Assembly (NCBI GenBank): GCA_977017645.1
Contig: OZ360227.1
Span: 24,118,001-24,182,000, forward strand
Direction: 5' to 3'
Origin: Torpedo marmorata
Lineage: Eukaryota
Length of the DNA: 64,000 bases
This document shows positions 36,140 to 49,099 of this stretch, piece after piece. The position numbers were made by a program, and so were the translations under genes. The notes under the pieces were generated by a model that worked only from the letters and a program-made list of their open reading frames with translations, made no database searches and was not told the origin of the DNA. Position 1 is the stretch's first letter, and every line of letters starts with the position of its first letter.

Positions 36140-38055
36140 ACATAAAATCATGAAATAGGAGCAGGAGTCGGCCATCCGGCCTGTCGAGCCTGCTCTGCCT
36201 TTCAATAAGATCATGGCTGATCTTACCATGGACTCAGCTCCACCTACCTGCCTTATCCCCATAACCCTTAATCTCGCAATGATGCACACATCTATCTAAC
36301 TCTGTCTTAAATACATTCAAAGAGGCAGCCTCTATTGCTTCCTTGGGCAGAGAATTCCACAGATTCACTACTCTCTGGGAAAAGCAGTTCCTCATCTCTG
36401 TCCTAAACCTACTCCCCCGAATCTTGAGGCTCTGTTCCCTAGTTCTAGTCTCACCTTGCAGTGGAAACAACTTTCCTGTCTCTATCTTATCTATCGCTAT
36501 CATAATGTTATATGTTTATGTAAAATCCCCTCTCATTCTTCTGAATTCCAGCAAGTTATAGTCCCAGGCAACTCAATCTCTACTCATATGCTGAGCCCCT
36601 CATCTCCAAATCAAACTGGTGAACCTCCAAAGCCAGTACATTCTTTCTCAAATAAGAAGACCAGAACAGCACACAATATTACAGATTCGGCCTCACCAGT
36701 ACCCTGTAGCAGAATCTTCCTGATCTTAAATTAAATCCCTTTAGCAATGAAGGCCAACATTCCATTTGCCTTCTTGATTACCTGTTGCACCTGCAAACCA
36801 ACCTTTTGCATTTCATGCACAAGCACTCCCAAGTCCTTCTGCACAGCTGCATGCTGCAATCTTTCTCCATTCAAATAATAATTTGATTGACTATTTTTCC
36901 TTCCAAAGTGGATGACCTTGCATTTACCAACATTTTACTCCATCTGCCAGACCCTCGCCCACTCACTTAACCTATCTATATCTCTCTGCAGACTCTCCGC
37001 ATCCTCTGCACAATTTGCTTTTCCACTCAATTTAGTGTCATCAACAAACTGAGATACACCAACTGAGATACACCACACTCGGTCCCCTCTTCCAAATCGG
37101 TAATGCATATCGTGAACTGTTGCGGGACCAGCACCGTCTCCTACGGCACTCGCTTATCATTGATCGCCAACCAGAGAAACACCCATTTATCCCAACTCTC
37201 TGCTTTCTGTTGGTTAACCAATCCTCTAACCATGCTCCAAACCTATGCATCCTGATGCTATTTATCAGTCTTTTATGCAGCATCTTATCAAATGCCTTCT
37301 AGAAATCCAAGCATACAACATCCACTGTTCCCCTCTATCCACTGCACTCATTATGTTCTCCAAGAACTCCATAAATTTGTCAAACCCGACCCTGCCGTTC
37401 CTGAATCCATGCTGTGCCTGCCTGATGGAACAATTTCTATCCAGATGTCTCGCTATTTCTTCCTTAATGATAGCTTCAAGCATTTTCCCGACTGCACATG
37501 TCAAGTTAACTGGCGTATAGTTAGCTGCGTTTTGCCTGCATCCTTTTTTTAAACAGTGACGTGACATTTGCCATCTTCCGCCAGCACCTGCCCAGAGTCC
37601 ATATAATTTTTTAAAGTTACCACAAATATCTTCACCATAACTTCCGCCATTTCTCTCAGTATCCTGGGATCAGGACCAGGGGTCTTATCCACCTTACGAC
37701 CCACTAGTTTGCTCAGCACTACTTCATTGGTGATGGCAATTGTATTAAGGTCCTCACCTCCCATCGCATTGTTAACATCAGTCTTTGGCACATTAAACGT
37801 GTCTTCCATTGTGAAGGCTGACACAAAATAGCCGTTCAATGCCTGGGCCATTTCCGTATTACCCAAAGTTAAATCCCCTTCTCATCTTCCAAGAGACTTG
37901 CATTCACTTTCACCATCCTTTTCAACTTGTTATACTCATGAAAACCTTTTTTATAAATAGTTTCTATATTTTGTGCTAGTTTACATTCATAATCCATCTT
38001 CCCTGTCTTTATTCCTTGGTTAGTGGTTCTTTGTTGCTGTTTAAAATTTTCTTAA
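36140..38055 (-). mobile_element. CR1-type LINE, degenerate
   Basis: NYTPVNLT..VGKMLE, WLTNRKQRVGING, FSQRVVNLWNSLP. Confidence 0.88.
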
Positions 38056-38057
38056 TT

Positions 38058-38320
38058 TGGGGCGGCATGGTTAGCGTAGTGTTTAGCGCAACGCTGTTAC
38101 AGCGCTAGCGATCGGGACCGGGGTTCGAATCCCACACTGTCTGTTAGGAGTTGGTACGTTCTCTCTGTGTCTGCGTGGGTTTTCCCCGGGTGCTCCGGTT
38201 TCCTCCCACCCTTCAAAATGTACCGGGGGTTGTAGGTTAATTGGGTGTAATTGGGCAGCACGGGCTCATGGGCCGAAAGGGCCTGTTACCGTGCTGTATG
38301 TCTAAATTTTTTTTTTTATT
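38058..38320 (+). mobile_element. HE1-like V-SINE
   Basis: GGGGCGGCATGGTTAGCGTAG head, GGTTCGAATCC, V-domain, tail. Confidence 0.9.
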
Positions 38321-38899
38321 TAAAAATGTACCACTTTGGATACCATTGGGGGTGATGCCTTCACAGGGTAAGGAAGCAGTAGCCAAGATCGTGGCACTGT
38401 GGGTGTGTCTACTGCAGGAGAGCAGTAAAAAGACTGGCAGAGCTACAGTGGTCAGGGGTTCCACGGGGAATAGACAGGAGCTTTTGTGGCCACAAACTGA
38501 TGGTGTGTTACCTCCCGAGTGCAAGGGTCAGGGATGTCTCGGAGTGGCTGCAAGCCATTCTGAAAGAGGAGCCTGAGCAGCCAGTTGTCGTGGTGCATAA
38601 GCTAAATGGCGGCACTGCAGTAACCAATGCCGGAGCTGCAGTAACGGCAGCGTTGCCGCAGGTACGGACCCGGCAGAGTAGGAAGCGAAGACACAGCACT
38701 GCTCCAAAGGGTTCAACCGCCCGGTCCAAATGCCGACAGCTCCCTAGGCTCGACGCGCAGAGTTCCTCCAGCAGATTGTTTTTTTGCTCCAAATTCCAGA
38801 GTTTGCAGTCTTGTGTGTCCCCAAAAATATTGCTTTTACAGCAGTGTTGAGGAGTGGCTCTCTGGAACATCAAGCAGCCAAAATATTAAGCTACAAAAC

Positions 38900-40262
38900 A
38901 GACCCATGTCCTGGACTCTGAACTCTATAGGTCTACCTGTAGACCCCAGTCAGTTCAGATTGGCAAAAACGTCTCCTCCACAATCTCCATCAGCACCAGA
39001 CAACCACAGGCATGCGTACTTATAGTCCCCTGCACTACTCGGTTTACACCTATGACTGTGTGGCTAAGTACAAGAACAACACCATCTACAAGTTTGCTGA
39101 TGATACCACGGTAGTGGGCTGTATATGAATTAGCATACAAGAGGGAGATTGTAAACTTGGCTGAATTGTGTACAGGCAGTCCCCATGTTGCGAACGAGTT
39201 CCGTTACCTGGGTCTGTCCATAAGCCGAATTTGTACGTAAGGCGGAACAGGTACTTACGGTTCTTATTTAGCGTTCGTGAGGTAACATTATGCGCATTAT
39301 AAACATGCACGAATTGGGGCATAATGCGCATGTGCCAATTGAGAGCACAATGCACATGCGCATGCGTGAATTGGGGCACAATTACGCGCATACGCGAATT
39401 GGGGAACAGCCCATTCGTAAGTACGAGTTGTTCGTAACCCGGACGTTCGTAACCCGGGGACTGCCTGTATTAACAACAACCTCTCACTAAACGTCAACAA
39501 GACCAAAGAACTGATTGTAGGCATCAGGAGAGGAAAACCAGAGGTATATGATCCAGTAATCATTGAGGGATCAGAGGTGAAGAGGATCAGCAACTTTAAA
39601 TTCCTGGGTGTCACTATGTCAGAGGGCCTGTCCTGGACCCAACATACTAATGTTATTGTGAAGAAAGCACGTCAGCACCTTTACTTTCTCAGGAGTTTGC
39701 GGAGGTTGGGTATGTCATCGGAAACCTTGGCAAACATCAACAGATATGTAGTGGGAAGTGTGCTCACGGCCTGGTATGGGGGCACCAAAACCTCTGAGAG
39801 GAAAGCCCTGCAAAAGGTAGTGGACCCAGTACATCACAGGCAAAACTCTCCCCACCATCGAGAAAATCTACATGGAAGGCTGCCATCTGAAAGCAGCAGC
39901 AATCATCAAGGATCCACACCACCCAGCACATGCTCTGTTTTCGCTGCTACCACCTGGAAAGAGGTATAGGTGCCACAAGACTCGTTCCACCAGGTTCAGG
40001 AACAGCTGCTACCCCTCAACCATCAGTCTCTTGAATAAACTCATTGAGAGATTCATTTAAGGACTAATATGCTCATTATTTTTTACTGTATATATTTATA
40101 CCTGTACCTGCATTTGCACAGTCAGTTCGTTTACAGTTCCTAATAAGTACAGTTTACAGTTACTGGTATAGAAATTACTAAGCCTGGCCCACAGAAAAAG
40201 AATCTCAGGGTTGTATATGATGATATGTATCTACTCTGGCAATAAATCTGAACTTCAGTTTA
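38900..40262 (+). mobile_element. Rex1/Babar LINE fragment with a MITE insertion
   Basis: KFADDT, FKFLGVT, IKDPHHPAHALF; AATAAATCTGAACT tail. Confidence 0.88.
39173..39467. mobile_element. Tigger/pogo-type MITE
   Basis: TIR CAGGCAGTCCCC / GGGGACTGCCTG, TA TSD. Confidence 0.88.
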
Positions 40263-41379
40263 ACTTCACTTCATTTCAGCTCTTGTTTGGAGGGAGATGT
40301 GTCTTTAAAGTTGTATTGATACAATTTCCTACACCCGATGATTAATTGGTTTCAAGGACCACTGGAAGAAAAATATAGGGGATACCCACTTAATCGCTTC
40401 CTGACCGCTCATCATGAGGATTTCAGTGAGGGACGGTTAATATGAACAATCATTCATTGTCTTCCTCTGCGCAGTTACAATGGTACAGAATCAGAATGTT
40501 CCACACCCAGTGACTGGTTACTATGATCTTAGTGTTCAATGGAACTTAAATTGTGAATAGTTTTATTTTCCTCTGAAGACTGGTTCTCATTTGATATAAT
40601 ACCTGCTATCCACGTAATTCCATAATTCTTCAATAATCCTCAAAACCCTCTCACCACTTCCCACTGACTTGGTAACGCTGAGAAACTTTGGACATTGAGT
40701 TCAGGAGCTGGGACAATGAAGCAAGACAGTTGAAGTTTATGATCATCTGACTGTACATATACAACCTGACAAAACGGTGTTTCTCTGGACCACGGTGCAC
40801 ACACATAATGCACAGCACACAATAATCACATATGTACATAAAGGTATAAGATATAATAAATATATATACATATTTTGGAGTATTGCGCACAGTTTGGGCA
40901 CGCAGCCATTGGAAGGGTGTCATTAAGCTGGAAAGGGTGTAGAAAGGATTCACAAGAATGTTACTGGGACTGGTGAGTTTGAGTTATAAGGAAAGGTCAA
41001 GATAGGCTGAAACATTGGAGGCTGAGAGGTGACCTTGAGGGCATGTGTGGGTGTCTGCTCTGGGTCGGATTGTACCTTGTTGCGTTCCTGCCCTCCTACT
41101 GTAAAACATGAAGAATGCCACATGCTCCTGGCCAGAGTTGTCCTTCAAAGGCAAACTCCAGAGCATGTCAGCGCAGGAGAAGCACATCGTGAATTATCTC
41201 AATCCCTTCCTCCTCACCCCTCACACCTTTCCCTTCCTTCACTTTACCCCTTCTGACCATGACTTTGCATCTCTCCTGCCCTTTCTCCCTGACTTGGCCT
41301 TTTTCCCACTCTCTGCCCTTCCACTCCTGTTTCTCCATCCCTCTCTTCCCACTCTCCATCTTTTTAACCTTTTTTTAAA

Positions 41380-41600
41380 TTTTAACAATACAGATTAAAT
41401 GTCCTTCGGCCCATGAACCCATGCCACGCAATTAAACCCAATTAACCTAACCAACCCCGTATGTTTTTGGAGAGTGGGAGGAAACCGGAGCGCCCGGACG
41501 AAACCCACACAGGTCATGGGGATAACGTACAAACTCCATACAGACAGCAACGGATTCGAACCTGGGTCGCTAGCGCTGCAGTGGTGTGGCACTAACCGCT
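41380..41600 (-). mobile_element. HE1-like V-SINE running into the gap
   Basis: V-domain and B-box on the reverse strand. Confidence 0.8.
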
Positions 41601-41757
41601 NNNNNNNNNNNNNNNNNNNNNNNNNNNNNNNNNNNNNNNNNNNNNNNNNNNNNNNNNNNNNNNNNNNNNNNNNNNNNNNNNNNNNNNNNNNNNNNNNNNN
41701 NNNNNNNNNNNNNNNNNNNNNNNNNNNNNNNNNNNNNNNNNNNNNNNNNNNNNNNNN
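41601..41757. other. Assembly gap (157 N)
   Basis: Run of N. Confidence 1.
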
Positions 41758-42855
41758 TGTTGATCCCTCTCTACTGCCACAGTGGACCCATTTCTGATTC
41801 TGGCCTTTCCTTCAATGAAAGCCTGCAAACAGGTTATAAAGCAATCACTTGAGGGAGCGCTCAATGCTTCTTGAACTTCTTGAACTAGACAGAAAGATAC
41901 ACGCCAGCTATGGCAGGGAGTGCAGGCCATTACAGCCTACAAAGCGAGGGCGAACACTATAGATGGCTGTGATGCTTCTTTACCCGATGAGCTGAACACC
42001 TTCTATGCCCGCTTTGAGAAGGAGAACCAAACAGTGCCTACCAGAAAACCTGCAAAGGCTGAGGACCCTGTGATATCTGTCTCGGAGGACGACGTCAGAA
42101 CATCATTCAAGAGGGTGAACCCTCGCAAGGCGTCAGGCCTTGACGGCGTACTTGGCAGGGTACTGGAAATCTGTGCCAACCGACTAGCTGGAGTGTTCAC
42201 GGACATTTTAACCTCTCATTGCTGCAGTCAGAGGTTCCCACCTGCTTCAAAAGGGCATCAATCATCCCGGTGCCCAAGAAGAGCAGTGTGAGCTGCCTCA
42301 ACGACTATCGCCCAGAAGCACTAACTTCTACTATGATGAAATGCTTTGAGAGGCTGGTCATGGCCAGAATTAACACGTACCTAAGCAAAGGTCTGGACCC
42401 ACTGCAATTCGCCTATCATCACAATCACTCCACAGCAGACGCAATATCGCTGGCTCTCCAATCAGCTCTGGATCACCTCGAAAACAGCAACTCATACATA
42501 CGGCTGCTCTTCATCGACTACAGCTCAGCCTTCAACACCATTATTCCCTCAGTGCTGGTCAAGAAGCTACAAACTCTGGGCCTCTGCACCCCCCTTTGCA
42601 ACTGAATCCTAGACTTCCTCATCGGAAGACCACAGTCAGTACAAATTGGAAACAACGTCTCTTCCTCACTGATTATCAACACAGGTGCACCTCAACGATG
42701 TGTGCTTAGCCTACTGATCTACTTGTTATACACCCATGACTGTGTGGCCAGGCACAATTCCAATGCTATCTACAAATTTGCCGATGACACCACAGTTGTC
42801 GGCAGAATCACAAACAGCAATGAGGAAGCTTACAGGAGGGAGATAGATCAGCTCT

Positions 42856-44775
42856 AAAGTAAATCACGAAAATCTGTAGACACCGTGATTGAAGTAAAAA
42901 ACACAAATGCTGGAGAAACTCAGCAGGTCAAACAGTGTCTTTTATGTAGCAATTGTAGAAATACATAACCGACGTTTTGGGCTTGAGCCCTTCATCAAAG
43001 TATGAGAAAATGCCGGCAGGCGTCCGAACAAAAGAGTGAGGGGGGAAGGGGGGTGGCAAAGGCAGGAGATGATAGGTGGAGAAAGGAGGGAGGGGACAGC
43101 AGCAAAGAGGGGGAGGAGGGATGGCTGGGTGGGTGGAAAAACTGGAAGGACAGGGAAGGGGGGAGGGGAAGGAAAAGGTGAGCAGGTTTAGTGGAAAGCA
43201 GAAAAGTCAATGTTAATGCCATCTGGCTGGAGAGTGCCCAGACGGAAAATAAGATGTTGTTCCTCCAATTTGCGGGTAGTCTGGGTGGGATAGTACACAA
43301 GACCATGGACAGACATGTTAGTGTGGGAGTGTGACTCAGAATTGAAATGGTTGGCTACTGGGAGGTCGCTATTGTTGTGGACGGAGAGGAGGTGCTCAGC
43401 AAAGCGATCTCCCAATCTACGACCGGTCTCTCCGATGTAGAGAATGCCACAAAGGGAGCACCGGATGCAGTAAATAAGTTCCCTGGATGTACAAGTGAAG
43501 TGTTGCTTCACTTGAAAGGCCTGTTTGGGATTCCGGACCGTGGTGAGGGAGGAGGTGTGGACGCAAGTGTTGCACCTCCTGCGGCCACAGGGGAAGGTGC
43601 CGGGGGTGCGATGGGTGGGAGGGATGAGTGCACGAGGGAATCGCGGAGGGAGCGGTCCCTGCGGAAGGCCGAGAGGGGAGGAGAAGGAAAAATGTGTCTG
43701 GTGGTGGGATCCTGTAATAAGTGCCGGAAATTCCAGCGGACAATGTGTTGGATATGGAGGCTGGTGGGGTTGTAGGTGAGGATGAGGGGGATTCTATGTT
43801 TGTTGCATCTGGGGGCAGAGGGGGCCAGTGAAGATGAGCGGGAAATGGAGGAGATGCAGGTGAGGGCTGATGGTGGAGGGGAAGCCACGTTTGTGGAAGA
43901 AGGCAGATGTTTCAGAAGATCTGGACTGGAAGACCTGATCTTGGGAACAGACTCTCTTTTGCTTCTCTTTCTCTGACTGTAAGAGGCGCTTCAGGCAATT
44001 TCTGCCGATGGCAAATCTGTCTGCCTTACAGCAGGTAAAAGGAATTTTGTGTAATATGACACTGTTTTAATGCATGACAATAAATTTAATCTTGAATCTT
44101 GAGATGCGGCGGAGTCGGAGAAATTGAGAGAAGGGGATGGAATCCTTGCAGGGGACAGGGTGTGAGGAAGTGTAGTCCAGATAGTTGTGGGAGTTGGAGG
44201 GTTTGTAGTATATGTCGGTGGAAATCTTGTCTCCTGAGATGGAGACAGAGAGATCCAGGAAGGGGAGAGTGTTATCGGAGATGGACCAGGTGAGTTTGAG
44301 ATCGGGGTGGAAGTTGGACGTGAAGTGGATGAAGTTGACAAGCTCATCACGGGTGCATGAGGCAGCCCTGATGTAGTCATCAATATACCCCAGGAAGAGA
44401 TGAGGGGTCTTGCCTGTGTAGGCTTGCAGCATGGATTGCTCCACAAAGCCCACAAACAGGCAGGCGTAGCTGGGACCCATGCGGGTACCCATGGCTACTC
44501 CTTTGATTTGGAGGAAGTGGGATGAGTTGAAGGAGAAGTTATTGAGAGTGAGGACAAGTTCTGCCAGGCGGAGGAGGGTGGTGGTAGAGGGTGACTGGTC
44601 GGGTCTTTGGTCCAGGAATAAAAAGGTCCAGAGCGGGCAGCTAGCCAGGATGAGGTGTCCAGGAAGAGGAAGAAGGCTTGAGTGGGAAAAAGGGTCTTGG
44701 GTGGGGGGGTGGAGAGTCATGATCATGGAAGTGAGCCCGGAGGCGGACGGACGGAAGAAGAGTTCGGCATCGCGG
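42856..44775 (-). mobile_element. Penelope-like element: partial RT + GIY-YIG endonuclease + pLTR
   Basis: GVAMGTRMGPSYA, YIDD, FLDLSV, LIYCIRC..CGILYIGETGRRLGDRFAEH; hammerhead-like motif at 42964-43004. Confidence 0.93.
43950..44102 (+). mobile_element. 3' tail of the ORF-less retroposon inserted in the Penelope element
   Basis: Matches 27015-27162; AATAAATTTAATCTTGAATCTTG tail. Confidence 0.75.
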
Positions 44776-45797
44776 CGTCACGCCAACAACCTTGCGCTCA
44801 ACGTTAGCAAAGCCAAGGAGATGATTGTGGACTTCAGGAACACGACCCAGTCCTTATCGAGGGCTCAGTAGAGCAGAGAGCTAAGAACCAAATTCCTGGG
44901 TGTCAACATCTCCGAGGATCTGTCCTGGAGCCTCCATGTTGATGCAATCACGAAAAAGGCTCGCCAGCAGCTATACCTTGTGAGGTGTTTGAGTAGATTC
45001 GGTATGTCACCGAAGACTCTGGAAAACTTCTGTAGGTGTACCGTGGAGAGCATTCTGGCTGGTTGCATCACTGTCTGGTATGGAGGCGTCTACTCTCAGG
45101 ACAAGAAAAAACTCCAGAAGGTTGTTAACTCGGCCTGCGACATCACAGGCACCAGACTTCACTCCATCGAGGACATCTACAAAAGGCGGTGTCTTAAAAA
45201 AGCAGCCTCTATCCTCAAAGACCCCCACCACCCAGGCCACGCCCTCTTCACTCTGCTACCATTGGGAAAAAGGTGCAGGAGCCTAAAGACGAGCACTCAG
45301 CGGCACAAGGACAGCTTCTTCCCCGCTGCCATCAGATTCCTGAATAACCAATGAACCAAAGATACTGCTTTACATTTCGTGCACTATTTAAAAAAAATTA
45401 TTGTTGTAAGGTGGTTTATATGAATGTTTGCACTGTGATGCTGCCGCAAAACAACGAATTTCATGACTTGTTCATGACAATAAATTCTGATTCTGATTCT
45501 GAACTTCTGCAGCCCAATTCACACAGCCACCCTGTGCCCCTCCCTTCTTCCAATAACTTCTACTTCTGCCTTGACTTTGATGTAGGAAACCACCCAAAGC
45601 CCCATTCTCTCTGATTGACCAATTTTGCTTTTTCAATCTTTTTATGTTTGAATAGGTGTCAGGTTTCCAGTATTTCCAGTTTCCTTGACCAGCTCAAATT
45701 CTTTGTCCCCAGGAATGTGAGAAATTTTCAGTGCCCCTGTTCTTTATTGTCGGCCCTCGCTTGATTGACTCGATGGGATTATTCTGTTCTTTTGCAG

Positions 45798-45921
45798 TCG
45801 GACGTGGTGCACCAGAGCGTGTTTGAACTGATACACACGGATGATCGCTCTCTGTTTCGGCGTCAGCTCCACTGGGCCCTCAACCCACCTGCCTTCCAGG
45901 AATCCAATTCCCACACGGCCG
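45798..45921 (+). CDS. AHR: AHR exon 5, PAS-A
   Basis: TTTGCAG / GTGAGT, 124 bp; [31 protein letters not shown]. Confidence 0.97.
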
Positions 45922-46495
45922 GTGAGTTACCAGCTGATTTTTACATCAGTTCCTCATCTCGCACACATGCACAACTTTCACTTGCATTTATCAAGCACCT
46001 TTTAATGAATAAAATATTCCAGGATAAGTGTAGGAACCGGACCCCAGGAATTTGAGTGAAGGCAGGAACCAGGGAACTTTGTGTGTTAATGGGAGAATGG
46101 GAATCAGGCTCCAGGAGTTTGAGTGAAGGCAGGAACCAGGGAATTTTGTGATGGAAATCTGAAAGAGATACTGCAAGCACTCAGCAGGTCAGGTAGTTAC
46201 CAGCTGATAAAGTTACCAACAAAGTTCATGTCTCAGGTGAAAACCCTATGAAAGAGAGAAAATCGGTTGGCTTTAAGTTGCAGAGAGATTGGGGGAGAGA
46301 TGGATTGTACAAAGGAATTTTTTTTAGTTGGCTGTTGCTGGTTTGGTATGGCCTCAGCAATCACTCTTCCGGTCAAAGGGAAATGGTTCACCCATACACT
46401 ATGAAAGCAGAGTTATGCCCTGTTAGGGACCAGAGGGCAAGGATTTCTTCGGATGATTGGTTGGATCTTTGGAGCAACTCTTTATGAATTTCATA

Positions 46496-46742
46496 CGGCA
46501 CGGTTAGCGTAGCGGTTAGCGCGATGCTATTTCTGCGCCAGTGACCTGGGTTCGAATCCAGCGCTGTCTGTAAGGAGTTTGTAGGTTCTCTCTGTATCTG
46601 TGTGGGTTTCCACCGGGTGCTCCAGTTTCCTCCCACTTTCCACAGTTGTGCAGGGGTTGAAGGTTAATTGGCCACATGGGTGTATTTGGGCGGCACAGGC
46701 TCGTGGGCCAGAAGGGCCTGTCATCAGGCTGCATCTCTAAAC
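46496..46742 (+). mobile_element. HE1-like V-SINE
   Basis: Head, B-box, V-domain and tail. Confidence 0.88.
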
Positions 46743-47051
46743 TTTTCACCTAATGTAGCTATACCTTGCATCATTTGGAAACTGTCCAACCAGGACAATG
46801 CACTCTCTGGTACCTGGCAGAATTCCCCACTGCCATTGGAAGACACTGGTTTCCTTTGGATTTTTCATTCACAAAGAATGATTTAAGTTTTGAATGATGC
46901 CAGGCAACCAATGGTAAAATACAACACGCCAACACATCATGACTTGACCCAGAACTTGAGTGTTTGTTAGTTCAAAGTGTGCTATGTAATTGGTCAATCA
47001 GCCTTGGAAAGACTGTCTCCACAAGCAGGAAGCAGACATCATGGTTCAGGG

Positions 47052-47818
47052 CACTGGCGTCACTAGGGGGGTGCGGGGGGTGCGCACCGCACCGGGTGAC
47101 ACCATCAGAGGGGGTGACACCAAAATGACTGTCTATAAAACTTTTGTGCAGTTTCAGCAGAAATTTATTATTTTTTATAAAAATATCCCTGTAGTTAGTT
47201 ATAACAACAAAAACATTTTTCGTAAGCCCAGCTTACATGTATCAATATACCTACAAGGCTAAAACTCTATGCTAATTTACTTTTTGAACCTTCTGATGTG
47301 CTCCGGTCAGAGCTGTCGTTATTACCCAATTACAATGACGCTTCGAATCACGTGGTTTCGTCTGCACGCGCTACAAGCACGCGCTGTTGTTTTCGTTGCT
47401 GCTGGTGTTTTTATAGTCGTTGCTTTTGTCAAATTTTCTGGTGTTTTAGCTACAGTATTGTGGTAATTAGTATTTGTGTACTATGATGTAGTTCTTAAAA
47501 GTTTTTATTTTGAATTCTACTGTTTTCTTACCGAATTTTCACTTTAACTACATGAAACTGTGTAAATGTAAATACATTTAGGCTGTGCGTATGATATTGT
47601 AATTCAAAAGTGTAATTTTAATTTTGCTAGTTGTATATCTCACTACTATTACCATTACATTCAGTGATATACGGGAATTACGATTTACGAGTAACATTAG
47701 TACAAAAACCATTTACTAAGGATTCTGTATGGTCTGGTACGGAAGGAGGTCCATGGGGGGGGTGGGGTGACACCATGAGTTACCGCACTGGGTGACACCA
47801 ACCCTAGTGATGCCACTG
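47052..47818. mobile_element. Non-autonomous hAT transposon
   Basis: 17-bp TIR CA(C/G)TGGC(G/A)TCACTAGGG, 8-bp TSD G(T/C)TCAGGG, subterminal GGGTGACACCA repeats. Confidence 0.88.
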
Positions 47819-48220
47819 GCTCAGGGCGGTTGAAGTTGGTGCTCTTTAGTGCTCCCCCTTGTGAGGCACAACCTTTCTGCCATTGTCTATGGACATGGAC
47901 TAGAGTGGCCTATGTAATCCTCCCAGGAAGAGAGATGTGGGTGGTGGTGGGGTGGGGGGGAGGGGGGTGTTGTGAACTTGACTAGAGTGAGGGAGAAATG
48001 TGCATCTCACTCCTGAGGACATCCTGTCCATGAATATCTAACAAAGGCCACTGGAAACACACGACAGGCCTGTCAACATCTCGTGTTGGTGAAGTCCCTT
48101 CCTCTGTGAATGGTTTTAAACACACTTTGTCCCAACCACCTGCGTACTTCAAGCCTTCATTTTTATTTGATAGTTTTCCATTATATTTATTTAACTTTCT
48201 CTTTCTGTTTCACTGCACAG

Positions 48221-48360
48221 CTATTCTGGAAAGCAGCAGCCTTTGCCCTAGTGTTGTCACTTACGATCCTCTTCACCTTCCTCCCGAGAATTCCTCTTTT
48301 ATGGAGAGGAATTTTATCTGCAGATTCCGATGTCTTTTGGACAACTCTTCAGGCTTCCTG
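48221..48360 (+). CDS. AHR: AHR exon 6
   Basis: GCACAG / GTAGGT, 140 bp; [33 protein letters not shown]. Confidence 0.96.
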
Positions 48361-48714
48361 GTAGGTAAATCAGATTCCTTTCTGTTCTGTGCTTTTAACT
48401 TGCTTTTCAATGTGTCGTTGTCCCTTTCACAGATGGACAGTCATTGAAATAGTGGAGCTGTCTTTACCCTGCCCTCATAAGAACAGTGTCAGAGTCAAAC
48501 AGCAAAGAAACAGGCCCTTCAGCACACCACATCAAGACCTATCCTAATCTCAGTTACCAGTACTTGGTCCGTAGCCTACTCAGCCTTGGTGAATCTAGAA
48601 TCATGGAACTAAAGAGGGACAGAGCTGAACAGGTCCTTCGACTCACCACACTTCAAGCACAGTGTCTGCAGACTTTCGTGTTTTACTTTAGATCTAATGT
48701 GTTGCCATCTCAAA

Positions 48715-49060
48715 GACAAAGATTTGCATTTATACAGCACCTGTCTTACCTGAGAATATTTCAAGCTACTGAACTGTAGTGTAGGTGACGTACACACAGC
48801 AAGTTCCCACAAACCTATGAAGTGCATTGCTGTTGATTAAGGCTTGTGTACTAGTCAGTCATCCAGTCTTCTTCAGAACAATGCTATGGAATGCCAATTC
48901 TCCACTTTGGAGGGGAAGGGGAATCTCATCCAATGGCAGTGTCCGTGACAATGCAGCGTACCTCAGTACTGAACAAGAATGTCAGCCTCAATTTTATGTC
49001 CCTAGAACCTCCACCTCCACCTGGAGGTGGGAATGTGGCCCAGTGAACCATGGCTGACAT
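48715..49060 (-). mobile_element. Old DeuSINE/SacSINE-like remnant
   Basis: TTGCATTTATACAGCACC end and CAGCAAGTTCCCACAAAC / GACAATGCAGC..CCTCAGTACTG motifs. Confidence 0.5.
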
Positions 49061-49099
49061 GTTGTTAGGGGTCAGGTTATATTATCGCTCTTCTCCTGG

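Larger units (their letters stand above)
41760..45503 (+). mobile_element. Rex1/Babar LINE split by a Penelope insertion
   Basis: RT ORFs 41920-42605; breaks at ..EIDQL (42855) and resumes at HANNLALNVSK (~44780); (ATTCTG)n tail. Confidence 0.9.

Noticed and set aside
38058-38135. tRNA genes suggested by GGTTCGAATCC boxes
   Set aside because: All are SINE heads followed by the V-domain; no complete cloverleaf
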